This document shows positions 37,256-49,900 of a stretch of DNA of 64,000 nt, in pieces (position 1 is the stretch's first letter; every line of letters starts with the position of its first letter). The position numbers and the translations under genes were made by a program. Location of the stretch: positions 23,622,001-23,686,000 of the forward strand of contig NC_073394.1 of NCBI RefSeq assembly GCF_028641065.1, in the 5' to 3' direction. Below the pieces are notes generated by a model. That model ran no database searches, was not told where the DNA came from, and saw nothing but the letters and a program-made list of their open reading frames with translations. The DNA is from Leucoraja erinacea (Eukaryota).

Positions 37256-38557
37256 TGTTTTTGGCACTCGTCTTGTTTTTTGCACTGTCTTCTGGTAGTG
37301 TGTGGAGTGTAACTTATGTTTGATTTATGTATAATTTATTTTTGTGTTCTGCAAACAAGTCTTTTCATTGTACCTGTACCTCAGTGTGAATGACGATAAG
37401 CTTGTACCTCAGTGAATGACGATAAGCTTGAACTTGGATAATAATGGCCAACAATCCATTTATCTTCATAATTACTTGTTGTACCCATCTGCCAACTTTG
37501 TGTTTGATTAAACAAGGCCCCTCTGATACTTTTGAACTACCATGTACTGTATTCCCTCCCCATTTAAGCAGTACTCTGTTTTCCCTGCCAAATTCCTCCA
37601 CAACATCTGGCAGTTTTTTGCCTGATGAATAAATCCCTCTCCATATCCCTTTGCAGACTCTATCCTCATACCTTCCTTTCCCATTTGTATTTGTATCATC
37701 AATAATTCTGACTATTCTAGTCAGAATTGTTGATTATACAAATACAATTGGGAAAGGAAGGTATGAGGAGGATAATGTCTGCAAAGGGATTATAAATAAG
37801 GATTCATTCAATCCCTTCATCCACATCAATAATTTACACTATAGATAATTGAGACCATAACACTAGCATGTCCAATTCACTGGGACCTTTTTCAGATCAT
37901 TGAGCATTTTAGAAGATTGCAGATAACACGTGCACTGTCACTGCAGCCATTGTTTTTCAATAACATCAGATCCATGCCATCAGGTCTAGACATCTTGTCA
38001 GATTCTAGTCCCAATAGTTTCTAACACGTTTTCCCTACTGAGATTGATTCCTTTGAGTTCCTCCCTACCGTTAATCCCCAATTTTGTATTATTGGAATGT
38101 TAACTAGCATGGCCAAATTTAAAATATTTGTTCAAAATCTCTGCCTTTTTCTTATTTTCTATCAATAATTCCCCAAATTCATCTTTCTGGAAAGTACAGG
38201 CAATACAGACACAATGAAAGACTCTGGTTTGTGGTAGCAGTGAACAGAAGAAAAAAAAACTTTACTCATATAATTTGATATGAATCAAAATGGAATTAAA
38301 GGTCGCGGGTTTGAATTGGAGACGGATGCCTTTAGGATCTAGACATGTTTTGTATGCGAACACCCGACAACTGGCAGTAATAAACTGAAATAATTTAGTC
38401 ATTAATTGCAGGGTACGTGTTGATCGACGAAATGGTAAATTAGGGTGTGTTCCTTGTGAATATATATAAGGTGGGGTCCCGAATTCCCGAAGGCTCCCTC
38501 CAAACCTCTAACAGCTCCCATGCCACGCTGACCATTGATCAACCGTTCACACTAGTT

Positions 38558-39293
38558 GTTATCTGAATGGTGGCCGATGAGGAAAAGGGGAGATGCAACA
38601 AGACCTGGGGGTCATGGTACACCAGTCATTGAAAGTAGGCATGCAGGTGCAGCAGGCAGTGAAGAAAGTGAATGGTATGTTAGCATTCATAGCAAAAGGA
38701 TTTGAGTATAGGAGCAGAGAGGTTCTACTGCAGTTGTACAGGGTCTTGGTGAGACCACACCTGGAGTATTGTGTAAAGTTTTGGTCTCCTAATCTGAGGA
38801 AAGGCATTCTTGCCATAGAGGGAGTACAGAGAAGGTTCACCAGACTGATTCCTGGGATGGCAGGACTTTCATATGAAGAAAGACTGGATAGACTCGGCTT
38901 GTACTCGCTAGAATTTAGAAGATTGAGGGGGGATCTTATTGAAACTTACAAAATTCTTAAGGGGTTGGACAAGCTAGATGCAGGAAGATTGTTCCCGATG
39001 TTGGGGAAGTCCAGAACAAGGGATCACAGTTTAAGGATAAGGGGAAAGTCTTTTAGGACCGAGATGAGAATAACATTTTTCACACAGAGAGTGGTGAATC
39101 TGTGGAACTCTCTGCCACAGAAGGTAGTTGAGGCCAGTTCATTGGCTATATTTAAGAGGGAGTTAGATGTGGCCCTTGTGGCTAAAGGGATCAGGGGGTA
39201 TGGAGAGAAGGCAGGTACATGACACTGAGTTGGATGATCAGCTATGATCATATTGAATGGCCTACTCCTGCACCTATTTTCTATGTTTCTATG
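38558..39293 (+). mobile_element. CR1 LINE 3' end, young (209-aa open stretch)
   Basis: DLGVMVHQSLK...LVRPHLEYC...RRLRGDLIETYKI...FFTQRVVNLWNSLP; (TTTCTATG)n tail. Confidence 0.9.
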
Positions 39294-39661
39294 TTATACC
39301 ACTTTCTCATCCATTCCCTACACACCAGAGGGCCAATTAACATACAAATTCGCACGGCTTTGTGATGTGGGGGGAAATTTGAGCATCTCTGATACCCCAG
39401 CGGTCACAGGAAGAACCAAAGATCTTTGGGAAGAACGATCAAACTCCACACCAAAGATCTTATAGCGGAGCTCTAAGATCTTTGCTCCACACAGCACCCG
39501 AGACACGATCGAACCCGGGTTTCCAGCGCTGAGGGAGCAACACTACTGGCTGCGCCACTAAGATTCATTTCCTCTTCACTATTAAATGCACTTTCTACAA
39601 CTTGAGAACGTGGAGCTTGGTGGTGACCAAAGAGAGAGGCCAGAGCTACACCGTGGCTCAC

Positions 39662-39935
39662 CTTGTCGCCAGGCCCGCCGTCCATATGCTCGCAGCCATT
39701 CGGGCTTTCATGGAAACCGAGGACGCGACGCCATGAGCGTGAGCACGCGCATTCCCGCGCACGTCCGGCTGCACCGTCGCCAGGACCAAAGATTATAGAG
39801 GAGCTGCTCCTCTAGGATCTTTGGTCAGGACCCCTCAACAGCGGCACCAAGTGGAGAGGAGAGGAAGGGAAGGGCAGCACCAGCCGTCTGCCAAAGATCA
39901 TGGAGCGCTGTCTGCCACCCACTCGGTCACTTCCA
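39662..39935 (-). promoter_or_regulatory. TMEM138 CpG island, probable non-coding exon 1 and promoter
   Basis: CpG-dense; donor CAAG|gtgagc at 39661; imperfect X-box GTTTCCATGAAAGC at 39704-39717. Confidence 0.6.
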
Positions 39936-41409
39936 AAGATCATAGATCTATGGTGTTTAAGAAGGAACTGCAGATGCTGGAAAATCGAAGGCACACAAAA
40001 ATGCTGGAGAAACTCAGCGGGTGCAGCAGCATCTATGGAGCGAAGGGACATCTATAGATCTATGGTCTTTGGTCACTTCTGCAGCACTCAAAGGAAGGTA
40101 GACACAAACAGCTGGAGTAACTAAGCGGGACAGGCAGCATCTCTGGAGAGAAGGAACGGATGACGTTTCGGGTCAAGACCCTTCTTCAGACCGGTTAGGG
40201 AGACGGGGAAACGAGGGATATAGACGATGATGTGGAGAGATAAAGAACAATGAATGAAAGATATGCAAACAAGTAACGATGACAAAGGAAACAAGCCATT
40301 GTTAGCTGTTTGTCGGGTGAAAACGAGATGCTATTGCGACTTGGGGTGGGGATAGAAAGAGAGGGAATGTCCGCTACCTGAAGTTAGAGAAATCAAGTTA
40401 TACCACTGGGCTGTAAGCTGTCCAAGCGAAATATGAGATGCTGTTCCTCCAATTTGCGTTGGGTGAAAGCACTCAAAGGGCACTAGAGGAGCACTAAAAC
40501 ACAAAATGCGTAGGAAGGAACTGCAGATGCTGGTTTACACCGAAGATAGACACAAAGAGCTGGAGTAACTCAGTGGGTCAGACAGCGTCTCTGGCATAAT
40601 ATAATAAAGATTCTAGTGAGTGTAAAGGGAACACCTATTCCTTCGCTCCATAGATGCTGCCTCACCCGCTGAGTTTCTCCAGCATTTTTCTCTACCTTCG
40701 ATTTTTCCAGCATCAGCAGTTCATTCTTAAAGAAATAAAATTTGGTGATTTTAAAGATGCTGTTGGAAACGGACATAGTACATTTAAAGGGAGGTTGGCA
40801 ATAGGACCTCAATAACCCATATGCTTAACTCTCAGTAAAATGGTGCGCCGAGGAGCAGGAGACCAGCAGGAACCATGGAAGGTGAGCAGTGGGAACAAAT
40901 TATCAGCTTTTAGGATATCCAAACAACGGGAGAGCAGGCAGAATGTATAGAATAAGGAATCTAGATGCTGGCTTCCAAAGGAAAGATACAAAATACTGGA
41001 GTAACTCAGCCTGAAGAAGGGTCCCAATTCAAAAATGTCACATATCTATGTTCTCCAGCTGTACTGCCTGACCCGTTGAGTTACTCCAGCACTCTTGTGT
41101 CCTTAAACGAGATAGCAGATTACGGTGTATACTCTGTCACCAATACACACCAAATACAGCCGCACCAGGTCACGCAGCACAATTTTGCATTATATAAAGT
41201 TGGAGAAACGTTTCAAGTGGGGACTCTTTGTCACGCTGATGGAGTGGAGAGGAGATAGCTGGTAGAAAGTGATGAGGGGCAATTATCGGGCAAGAGCTGA
41301 TAGGTGGATCCAGGTGCGGAATTTTGATTGACAGATGAGTCAGTGGAGAGGAGATGGGAGATAAGGAGCAGGAAGGGTGGGAAAGATGAGTGAAATGGAT
41401 CAAAGGATC

Positions 41410-42350
41410 CAGTAGCTGAAACAACAGGGACAGCTGTGTTAGTCCAGGGGATGAATGTTGAGCTTTACAAAAGAACAAACAACTATTTGACAGTATATAC
41501 AGTGGAACTGTACGCTATTTTGATGGCAGTTCGGTGGATGGAACAGGTGCAACCATGTAAAGTAGTTATATGTAGCGACTCATTATCTGCAATTCAGAGT
41601 ATTGGGTCTGGTGCATCCCATAGGCGGCCTGACTTAGTTTATGAAATTCTGCTACTATTAAGCCAAGTGACAAGGAGGGGCAGTGACGCGACTTTGTTGT
41701 GGGTCCCAGCACACATTGGTGTTCTAGGGAATGAAAAGGTGGATAAATTGGCAAAGGAGGCTGTAAAAAAAAAAGAAACATAGAGGTAAACTTACAACTA
41801 TCCAAATCTGAAGGAAAACATATTGTGTGGAAGAAAATAAATCAGGAGTGGCAACAATACTGGGAACAGGAGACAAAGGGGAGACACCTCTATTCGCTAC
41901 AAAACAGAGTGGGCATTACAGCAAGAAGAGGGGGGAACAGGAGGGAACAGATAGTATTAACAAGATTGAGGATAGGACACACTCACCTGAACAGCACATT
42001 ACAAATATTGGGAAAACACCCTACTGGGCTGTGTGAGGAATGCCATCAACCAGAAACAGTTCAGCATGCCCTAGTTGCATGTAGGATATATGAGACAGAA
42101 AGAGGATTTATGATCATTGAAATTAGGAAAATTGAATTGACAGAAATATCAGTAAAGAACATTCTAGAGTGTGGAGGGAAAGGAAAAGGAATAAAGTTGT
42201 TGTTTGATTTCTTGAGGGCCTCTGGGCTTATAAAAAGGATCTAATATACAGACATGAGTACTGTGGAATGAAGCCAGAAGGTGGCAGCAATGCAACATTG
42301 CGGATGCCGGCTGCCGTAAAACTCCAAAGAAGAAGAAGAAGAAGAAGAAG
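41410..42350 (+). mobile_element. RNase H-bearing LINE (Nimb/I group) 3' end
   Basis: RNase H ELYAI...SDSLSAIQSI...WVPAHIGVLGNEKVDKLAK; RLRIGH...CEEC...ETVQHALVAC zinc finger; (GAA)n tail; one frameshift in an A-run. Confidence 0.85.
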
Positions 42351-43617
42351 AGACGAGTGAACCAAGGGATCATGGAAAGAGTGGTCTCTGCAGAAGCAGA
42401 AATGGTGGAACTGGAAGATGTATAACAGCATCAACATTGAATTATCCAATTGCAGGTGAACCCTTTCTCCACCCATAACTTCCCTTCCCCCAAACCGTGC
42501 ACACTTTTCCACTACCTCATCACCTAGTTCCTTTCCTCTCCTCCCATTCCTCCTTACTCCATTTTTCATCCACCCCCCTCTTCCCTTCTACCTACCCTCT
42601 AATCTCTTTTGTCTTCTAAATCTCCAGCCTTGGTTACTATCGCCACCCTTCTCACCACTCTCCCCTACTTATCTGACAATCAACCCCTTTCACACCTAGA
42701 CCCACATCATTTGTAGGCTCTTGCCCCATCTCTTCCCCTCTTTCTACCAGCTGTCTCCTCTCTACTCTATTAGTTAGAAGAAAGGTTGCTTGTCAATTTC
42801 CTTGCACAGATTTTGCCTGACCACTGAGTTCCTCTAGCAGTTTGTTTTTTGCTCAAGATTTCAGCATCTGCAGTCATGCTCTCATGTTTCCAAACATTTT
42901 TAATATGTATATTCTTTGTCAAGACTGTGGTTTAAAATAAGACACTGGGAGAAATCTCTGGAATAGAATCAAGTTTGCATATCTCAGCTGAAGGATGACA
43001 CCTTCAGCATGATAGAATGCACACTGTCAGCCTAAATCTGCCTGCTCATGCAAACTATGCAACATCAACATCATGTGGAGGATGTGGAAATATAATAAGT
43101 TTACAATTTATTAATGAAAGATAATGGAGCATTCTTATTGTAATAAAGGCATTTATGAATCACATTTCAAATCCTTTTCACAGGTCTCATTGAAGAATAT
43201 CCTGAAATAGTCACTGTTATAAATTTAGAAAATGTGACAGCCAATTAGTGAACACAAACTTCCACAAATCATAGTATAATGATCACTTGAAGTGATTTAA
43301 TTATTATATTATATTGACATATTATACTATAATGATTTTATTTTTATTTATCATTATAATTATTGTAGAAGAAAACTCACCTGCCCTTTTTCAAAATAAT
43401 GTTATGGAATCTTTATATCCATCAACAAGAGGAATAAGTCCCTCCATATAATTTTTAACAGTAATGGCATCTATAGCAGGACATTGAACCACAAACAACT
43501 GAAACACAGAGCAATTCAGATGGAGCAAAGAAACCATGTGCTATTTTTGTGATGGCATTGCTTCAGACTATGACAAGCCTGTGTAGTCCTTCCTAGAAGT
43601 TGCAGAATTTTCTGAGC

Positions 43618-43955
43618 CTATTCTTTTGGAAGTGGTATTCCGAGAGCTGTGTGATTCTGCACATTTCTGGCTTTTTCTACATCATCTGCGGAGCAGATGT
43701 CTTCGAGAAACAGATTTGCTAAGTTACTCAAACGTTTGTTTTTGGACAGAGAAAAGCGTAGCATACACTGAATAACTGGCACTGCTGTAATTTCTTGTTG
43801 GGACAAAGGTGTCGTCAGGTACATTAATGTGGTAATTGCAGATAGCACAGTGTCTTCATTAGAGCTGGATAAGCAGTCCAGCACTGCCTGAACTCCATTG
43901 TTCTGTAAAATATATTCTTTGTTCTGTTTCTCTAGACACAAGTTACAGAGGCCAC
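43618..43955 (-). CDS. ARMC7: ARMC7 last coding exon
   Basis: ttccctcag|GTGGCCTCTGT...GAATAG. Confidence 0.95.
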
Positions 43956-46900
43956 CTGAGGGAAAATGAAAATATTATCAAATCTAGGGTCTATGAAAAT
44001 AAGGGAATAATATACAACAATTATGGGTAAGTATACAATGAATGCCAACCCTCATTAAATATGAATTTAATTGTCAAATGTTCCATAACTCCCTTCTCAT
44101 TTAAAAAAAAATGGGACATACAGTGCCCTCCATAATGTTTAGGACAAAGACCCATAATTTATTTAGTTGCCTCTGTACTCCACAATTTGAGATTTGAAAT
44201 AGAAAAAAATCACATCTGGTTAAAGTGCACATTGTCAGATTTTAATAAAGGCCACTTTTATACATTTTGGTTTCACCATGTAGAAATTACAGCTGTGTTT
44301 ATACATAGTCACCCCCGATTTCAGGGCACCTTAGGCTTACCAAGATCAACTGTTTGGAGCATCATTAAGAAGAAAGAGTGCACTGGTGAGCTTACTAATC
44401 ACAAATGAATTCTGAAGTGTGCAGACATATCCTATTTGCTCAAATTCAAACAAATTCCTCAAATCTCATTGGCCAGCGGTTCATTCTACAGCAAGACAAT
44501 GATCCCAAACATACTGCTAAAGCAACAAAGGAGTTTTTCAAAGCTAACTAATATATGGTCAATTCTTGAATGGCCAAGTCAATCACCCGATCTGAACCCA
44601 ATTGAGCATGCCTTTTATATGCTGAAGAGAAGACTGAAGGAGACTAGCCCCCACAAAAGGATAAGCTAAAGATGGCTGCAATACAGGCCTGGTTTCTTCT
44701 TTCAGGTCCTTATGCTATATAGTGGCTCGCAACTGCTTAACACATCGTTGCGCTATTGGAGTGTGCAAGGTCTGCAATAGTCCATGGATTATTAGCATTA
44801 GGTGTAGCATTGTCTGGGTCTGTGTACCACAGTCACAGGTTGTTGTACCTTCGATGTAGTCCCATTTGTGCATTGTCACCCTTGACTCCCCGATCCCGGT
44901 TCACAGTCGGTTGAGACATCTCCAGTGTTTGTTCATCAGCACCTGGTGGTAAGCGCTCTGCTGCTAGTATGCCCATCTTGGTGGAATTAGGGACAGTCTG
45001 TTCTTCCACATCTGGAAGCGAGCTTCAGTTGGTGTTGTTTCCAATGGGGTGACGCTGGTCAGGAAACTCGTGGGATTTTAACCGCCTAGGAGGGGGCACA
45101 TGATTGTGTAATGGGTGTCTATCGTCTGACAGGCCTGGCAGAGAATAATCAGAGAAACCACCCAGCAACTGGTGATGTGCATGAATCACAGACTTCAAGC
45201 AGTCATTGCATGCAAAGGATATGCAAAAAAATACTAAACATGACTACTTTCATTTTCATGATATTGCTGTGTCCCAAACATTATGGTGCCTTGAAATGGG
45301 GGTGCCCCACCGTGCCCCAACAGCAATGTCATGAAAATGAAAGTAGTCATGTTTAGTATTTTTTTGCATATCCTTTGCATGCAATGACTGCTTGAAGTCT
45401 GTGATTCATGCACATCACCAGTATAAACACTGCTGTGATTTCTACATGGTGAAATCAAAATGCATAAAAATGGCCCTTATTAAAATCTGACTATGTGCAC
45501 TTTAACCACATGTGATTTTTTTCTATTACAAATCTCAAATTGTGGAGTACAGAGGCAAATAAATAAATGATGGGTCTTTGTCCCAAACATTATGGAGGGC
45601 ACTGTACATTAGAAAACCTTGCCACCAAATTAACATTGTGAGGACAATAATATGACTTACTAAACACACATTCATGGCTCCACAAGAAAATCTAGAGACT
45701 GAACGATACAAATTGTCTTTTAGAAAGAGTGGCTATCACACTCCAAGGCTTGCAAACTGACAACCAATCATTTTACATTGCCATTAATGCAGTTTAGTAA
45801 ACGAGTCTTGAAAACAAATTGATCGGGACAGTTATAAGACCCATACCATCTAGAATTTTTTTCCCAGTAATAATCTTCTACGTTCATATGACAAGAATTG
45901 CCCTACACTTGAGTCACCGCTCAACTGCCTCCTGAGATTTAAAGTTGATTCACAACAAGCCTCCTGCAGATCGATATGACATATTTCATGATTTGGAACT
46001 CAGGGCCACCGTAACATGTTGGGTAATCAATCTTTTGTGGAGCAGATGCCCATGTGTGGATTCTATTAAGGGTCATCCACTGTCTTTGAAGGACGTCAAT
46101 GTCAAGTACCTGTCTGTTAAATCTGTCCTCTGAGTTATATGCATCCCTCTTCAATAACAAAATGTAAGTAAGTAATTTTATTGGCCAAATATTAACATAC
46201 AAGGAATTTGCCTTGGTGCCCCGCCCACAAGTAACAACATGACATACAGTGACAGTTACGAATGACTCAGAAAAAACTAAACATTATTAATAATAAAACA
46301 TTAAAGATAAAACACCATTGATCAAGCATGTGAACCAACAAAATACCAGATCAAAGGGAGGCTACAGATTTTGGGCTTTTGGGTAGAGTAACTACTCGTG
46401 GATAACTGTTTTTATGTCTGGCTGTGGCAGCTTTGACAATCCAGAGTCGCCTTCCAGATGGAAGTGATTCAAAGAGTTTGTGGCCAGGGTGAGAGGGGTC
46501 AGAGATGATCTTGCCCGCTCGCTTCCTGGCCCTTGCAGTGTACAGTTCATCAATGGAGGGAAGGTTGCAGCCAATAACCTTCTCTGCTGATCGGACGATT
46601 CGCTGCAGCCTCCAGGTGTCGTGCTTGGTGGCTGAACCAAACCAGACCATGATGGAAAAGGTGAGAACAGTCTCTACGATGGCCGTGTAGAATTGGACCA
46701 TCATTGCCTGTGGCAGATTGTGCTTCCTCAGCTGCCATAGGATGTACATCCTCTGTTGTGCCTTTTTGATTGTGGAGTCGATGGTAGACCCCCATTTAAG
46801 GTCCTTGGAGATGATGGTTCCCAGGAACTTAAAAGACTCCACAGATGTGACTGTGGTGTTGTTGATGGTGAGTGGGGCGAGGAGAGGGGGAGCTCTCCTA

Positions 46901-49900
46901 AAGTCTACAATCAATTCCAGTGTCTTAAGAGTATTGAGCTCTAGGTTGTTGCAACGGCACCAGGACGCCAGCTGTGACACTTCCTGTCTGTAGGCAGATT
47001 CATCTCCATCCTGGATCAGTCCAATCCGGGTTGTGTCGTCCGCAAACTTGAGAAGCTTGACAGAGGTGTCTGTGAAGGTGCAGTCGTTGGTGTAGAGAGA
47101 GTAGAGGAGAGGAGAGAGTACGCAGCCTTGTGGTGCTCCTATGCTGAGCGTTTGCGGGTCCGAGATGTGCTTTCCCAGCCAAACATGCTGCTTCCTGTCT
47201 GTCTGGAAGCAGGTGATCCACCGACAGAGGGGTTCAGGCACAGCCAACCCGGAAAGTTTGGAGTGTAGTAGCTCTGGCACAATGGTGTTGAATGCAGAGC
47301 TAAAATCAACAAACAGGATCCTCGCATAGGTCCCCTGGCGGTCTAGATGCTGTACGATGAAGTGCAGGCCCAGGTTGACTGCATCATTCACAGATCTATT
47401 GGCCCGATATGCAAACTGCAGAGGGTCTAGCAGGGAGTTTGTGAGGAATTTCAAGGAATTTGCCTTGGTGCTCCGCCCACAAGTAACAACATGACATACA
47501 GTGACAGTTACGAATTACACAGAAAACACTAAACATTAATAATAATAAAACATTAATGATAAAACACCATTGATCAACCATGTGAACCAACAAAATACCA
47601 GATCAAAAGGAGGCTACAGATTTTTGGCTGTTGAGTAGAGCAACTACTCGTGGATAAAAACTGTTATGTCTGGCTGTGGCAGCTTTGACAGTCCGGAGTC
47701 GCCTTCCAAAGGGAAGTGATTCAAAGCGTTTGTGGCCAGGGTGAGAGGGGTCAGGGATGATCTTGCCCGCTCGCTTCCTGGTCCTTCCAATGTACAATAA
47801 GTAGTTTATAATCGATCTCTGGGTCAGTTCTTGAGCAGTGAAATTAAAGGGACAGGTCGGAGTATCTGTTAAATATCGCAATCATCGGATGTTGCTGGGT
47901 TAATGGAATGAGCTGGCAGAGGGGTAGTTGAGGCAGATACTATAACAAGAAGACAATTGGACAGGTAAATTGATAGGAAAGGTTTAGAGGGATATGGGCC
48001 AAACATGGGCAGGTGAGACTAGTGTAGATAGGGCCGAAGGGCATGTTTCCGTGCCATATAACTATGATCTACAACACAGAAAACCCAACCATGACCTACA
48101 TCATTGAACATCAAATAAATAGGTGGATATAAAAAAAAACGACATTTCATTGCAATACGTGCAGTGTGGTATTTTTCCCAATATACAAATGTTTGTCGTT
48201 AAATCTCTAAGAAAGTATGAATAAAAGTATGTGCTGCTCTAACAGGTTAGCCTGGAATGTACAACATTTGCAGGATCAATATAATCCGACTACAGTACAG
48301 GCAGTGACATTGCTAATAACAAACATTTCTTTTCTTACCGATTCCAAATTCTACAAATCTTTCATTTTCTTCTGTAAGCATGTCCAGAAACAGATCAATG
48401 ACTTGCAACTGTCGAAGATACTGATAGTTACTGGGATCATATGCAAAATTAGCCAGGTTTGCCAGAACTTGCTCCTTTGAATCTGAGAAGTTAACAATAA
48501 AACACTGAGCATGAATGCACATTTGATATATAAAGCCATCCTTCAATTGGTTTCTTTGTGAGTATTAAGTGATTAACATATTATTAAACAAGGAACAGTA
48601 TTCTGTAAAAAAAACCTCAACAATGCTTTCTTAGTGAAAATTCCTTAAGGTACTGCTTTATATCCCATTCTACATGGATCATAATCTTATCAAGTGTCTA
48701 TGGTTCAATGTTCCAGTGACACTTACAGGTACGAAGGAACTGCAGATGCTGGTTTACACCGAAGGTAGACACAAAATACTGGAGTAACTCAGTGGGACAA
48801 AAAGCATGTCTGGAGAACATGGATAGGTGACATTTCAGGTTGGGATCTTTCTTCAGATTGATTATAGCAGGGGGAAATCTGGAAGAGAGGTGGGGCAGGA
48901 CAAAGCCAGGCAAGCGATTGATAGATAAAATGAAGGGGGGGGGGGGGGGGGAGTGATTTGATTGGCAGATGGTTGGACAAAGGCTAGAGATGAAAATTAA
49001 AAAAATGAGAGATAAGGAAAGAAGAGGTGAAATGTTAAGCCAGATCAAGGAATAATGATGGAAGTGGGCAGGGGAGGGGGTGGGGTGCGAGGGGGTAGAA
49101 TTGGGGGGGGGGGGGGGGGGGGGGGAAAGGGAGAAATTAGTCTACATCCAGTTGGGAAACATGAACGAGAGGGGGAAACGGAGGTGTGTGGTTAGGTTGG
49201 GGCTTGTTTACCTAAAATTGGAGAATTCAGTGTTTATATCGAAGGGTTGTAAGCTACCCAAGTGGAATGAGGTGCTGTTCCTCCAGTTTGCATGTGGCTT
49301 CATTTGGGCAATGGAGGAGGCCCAGGGCAGAATGGTCAGTATGGCGTGTGGCCTCATTTGGGCACGGGGCAGAATGGTCAGTATGGGAATGGGAAGAGGT
49401 GTTAAGAAGGTTAGCAATCGGGAGATCCAAATAGCCTTAGTGGACCGAGTGCAAGTGTTCAGCAAAACAGATGACTAGTCTACGCCCTTTCCCATTCCCA
49501 TACTTTGTGTCTTGTTCGGTAAGCCAACATCTGCAGTTCTTAGTGTCTACAATAAAGGATGACAAATAATTTTGCCCCAGAAGAACAGGAAGTAAAATTA
49601 GTATGGGTGGAGACAAGCGATAAAAAGAGATAAAAAACAGGGAATTGTTTACATGACTCCTTAAAGCTGTACTGTTGGAGATAAAATTAAACACAAAAAT
49701 AGAATTTCTAGCAGAGATAATATAATGATGGGAGACTTTAATATTCATATGGACTGGGGAAATCAAATTGACAAAAATACTTGAGGATGGTTTCACAGAA
49801 TAATTTGGGACAGATAGTAACTATCCAAGGCGCGTTTGCAATTTAATAATAACAGATCCCTGAGGGAAAAGTTACCACAAGATAGAAGAATTGCGCATTC

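Noticed and set aside
37377-37430. ~25-bp tandem duplication (another at about 26355-26398)
   Set aside because: Ordinary local slippage duplications with no further structure.
39409-39831. Short palindromic repeats resembling a CRISPR array
   Set aside because: Irregular spacing and length, individual 8-bp TSDs, eukaryotic context, no cas genes.
48935-49125. Long G-runs (G-quadruplex candidates)
   Set aside because: Variable homopolymer tracts inside a Penelope-derived repeat; lengths are also error-prone.
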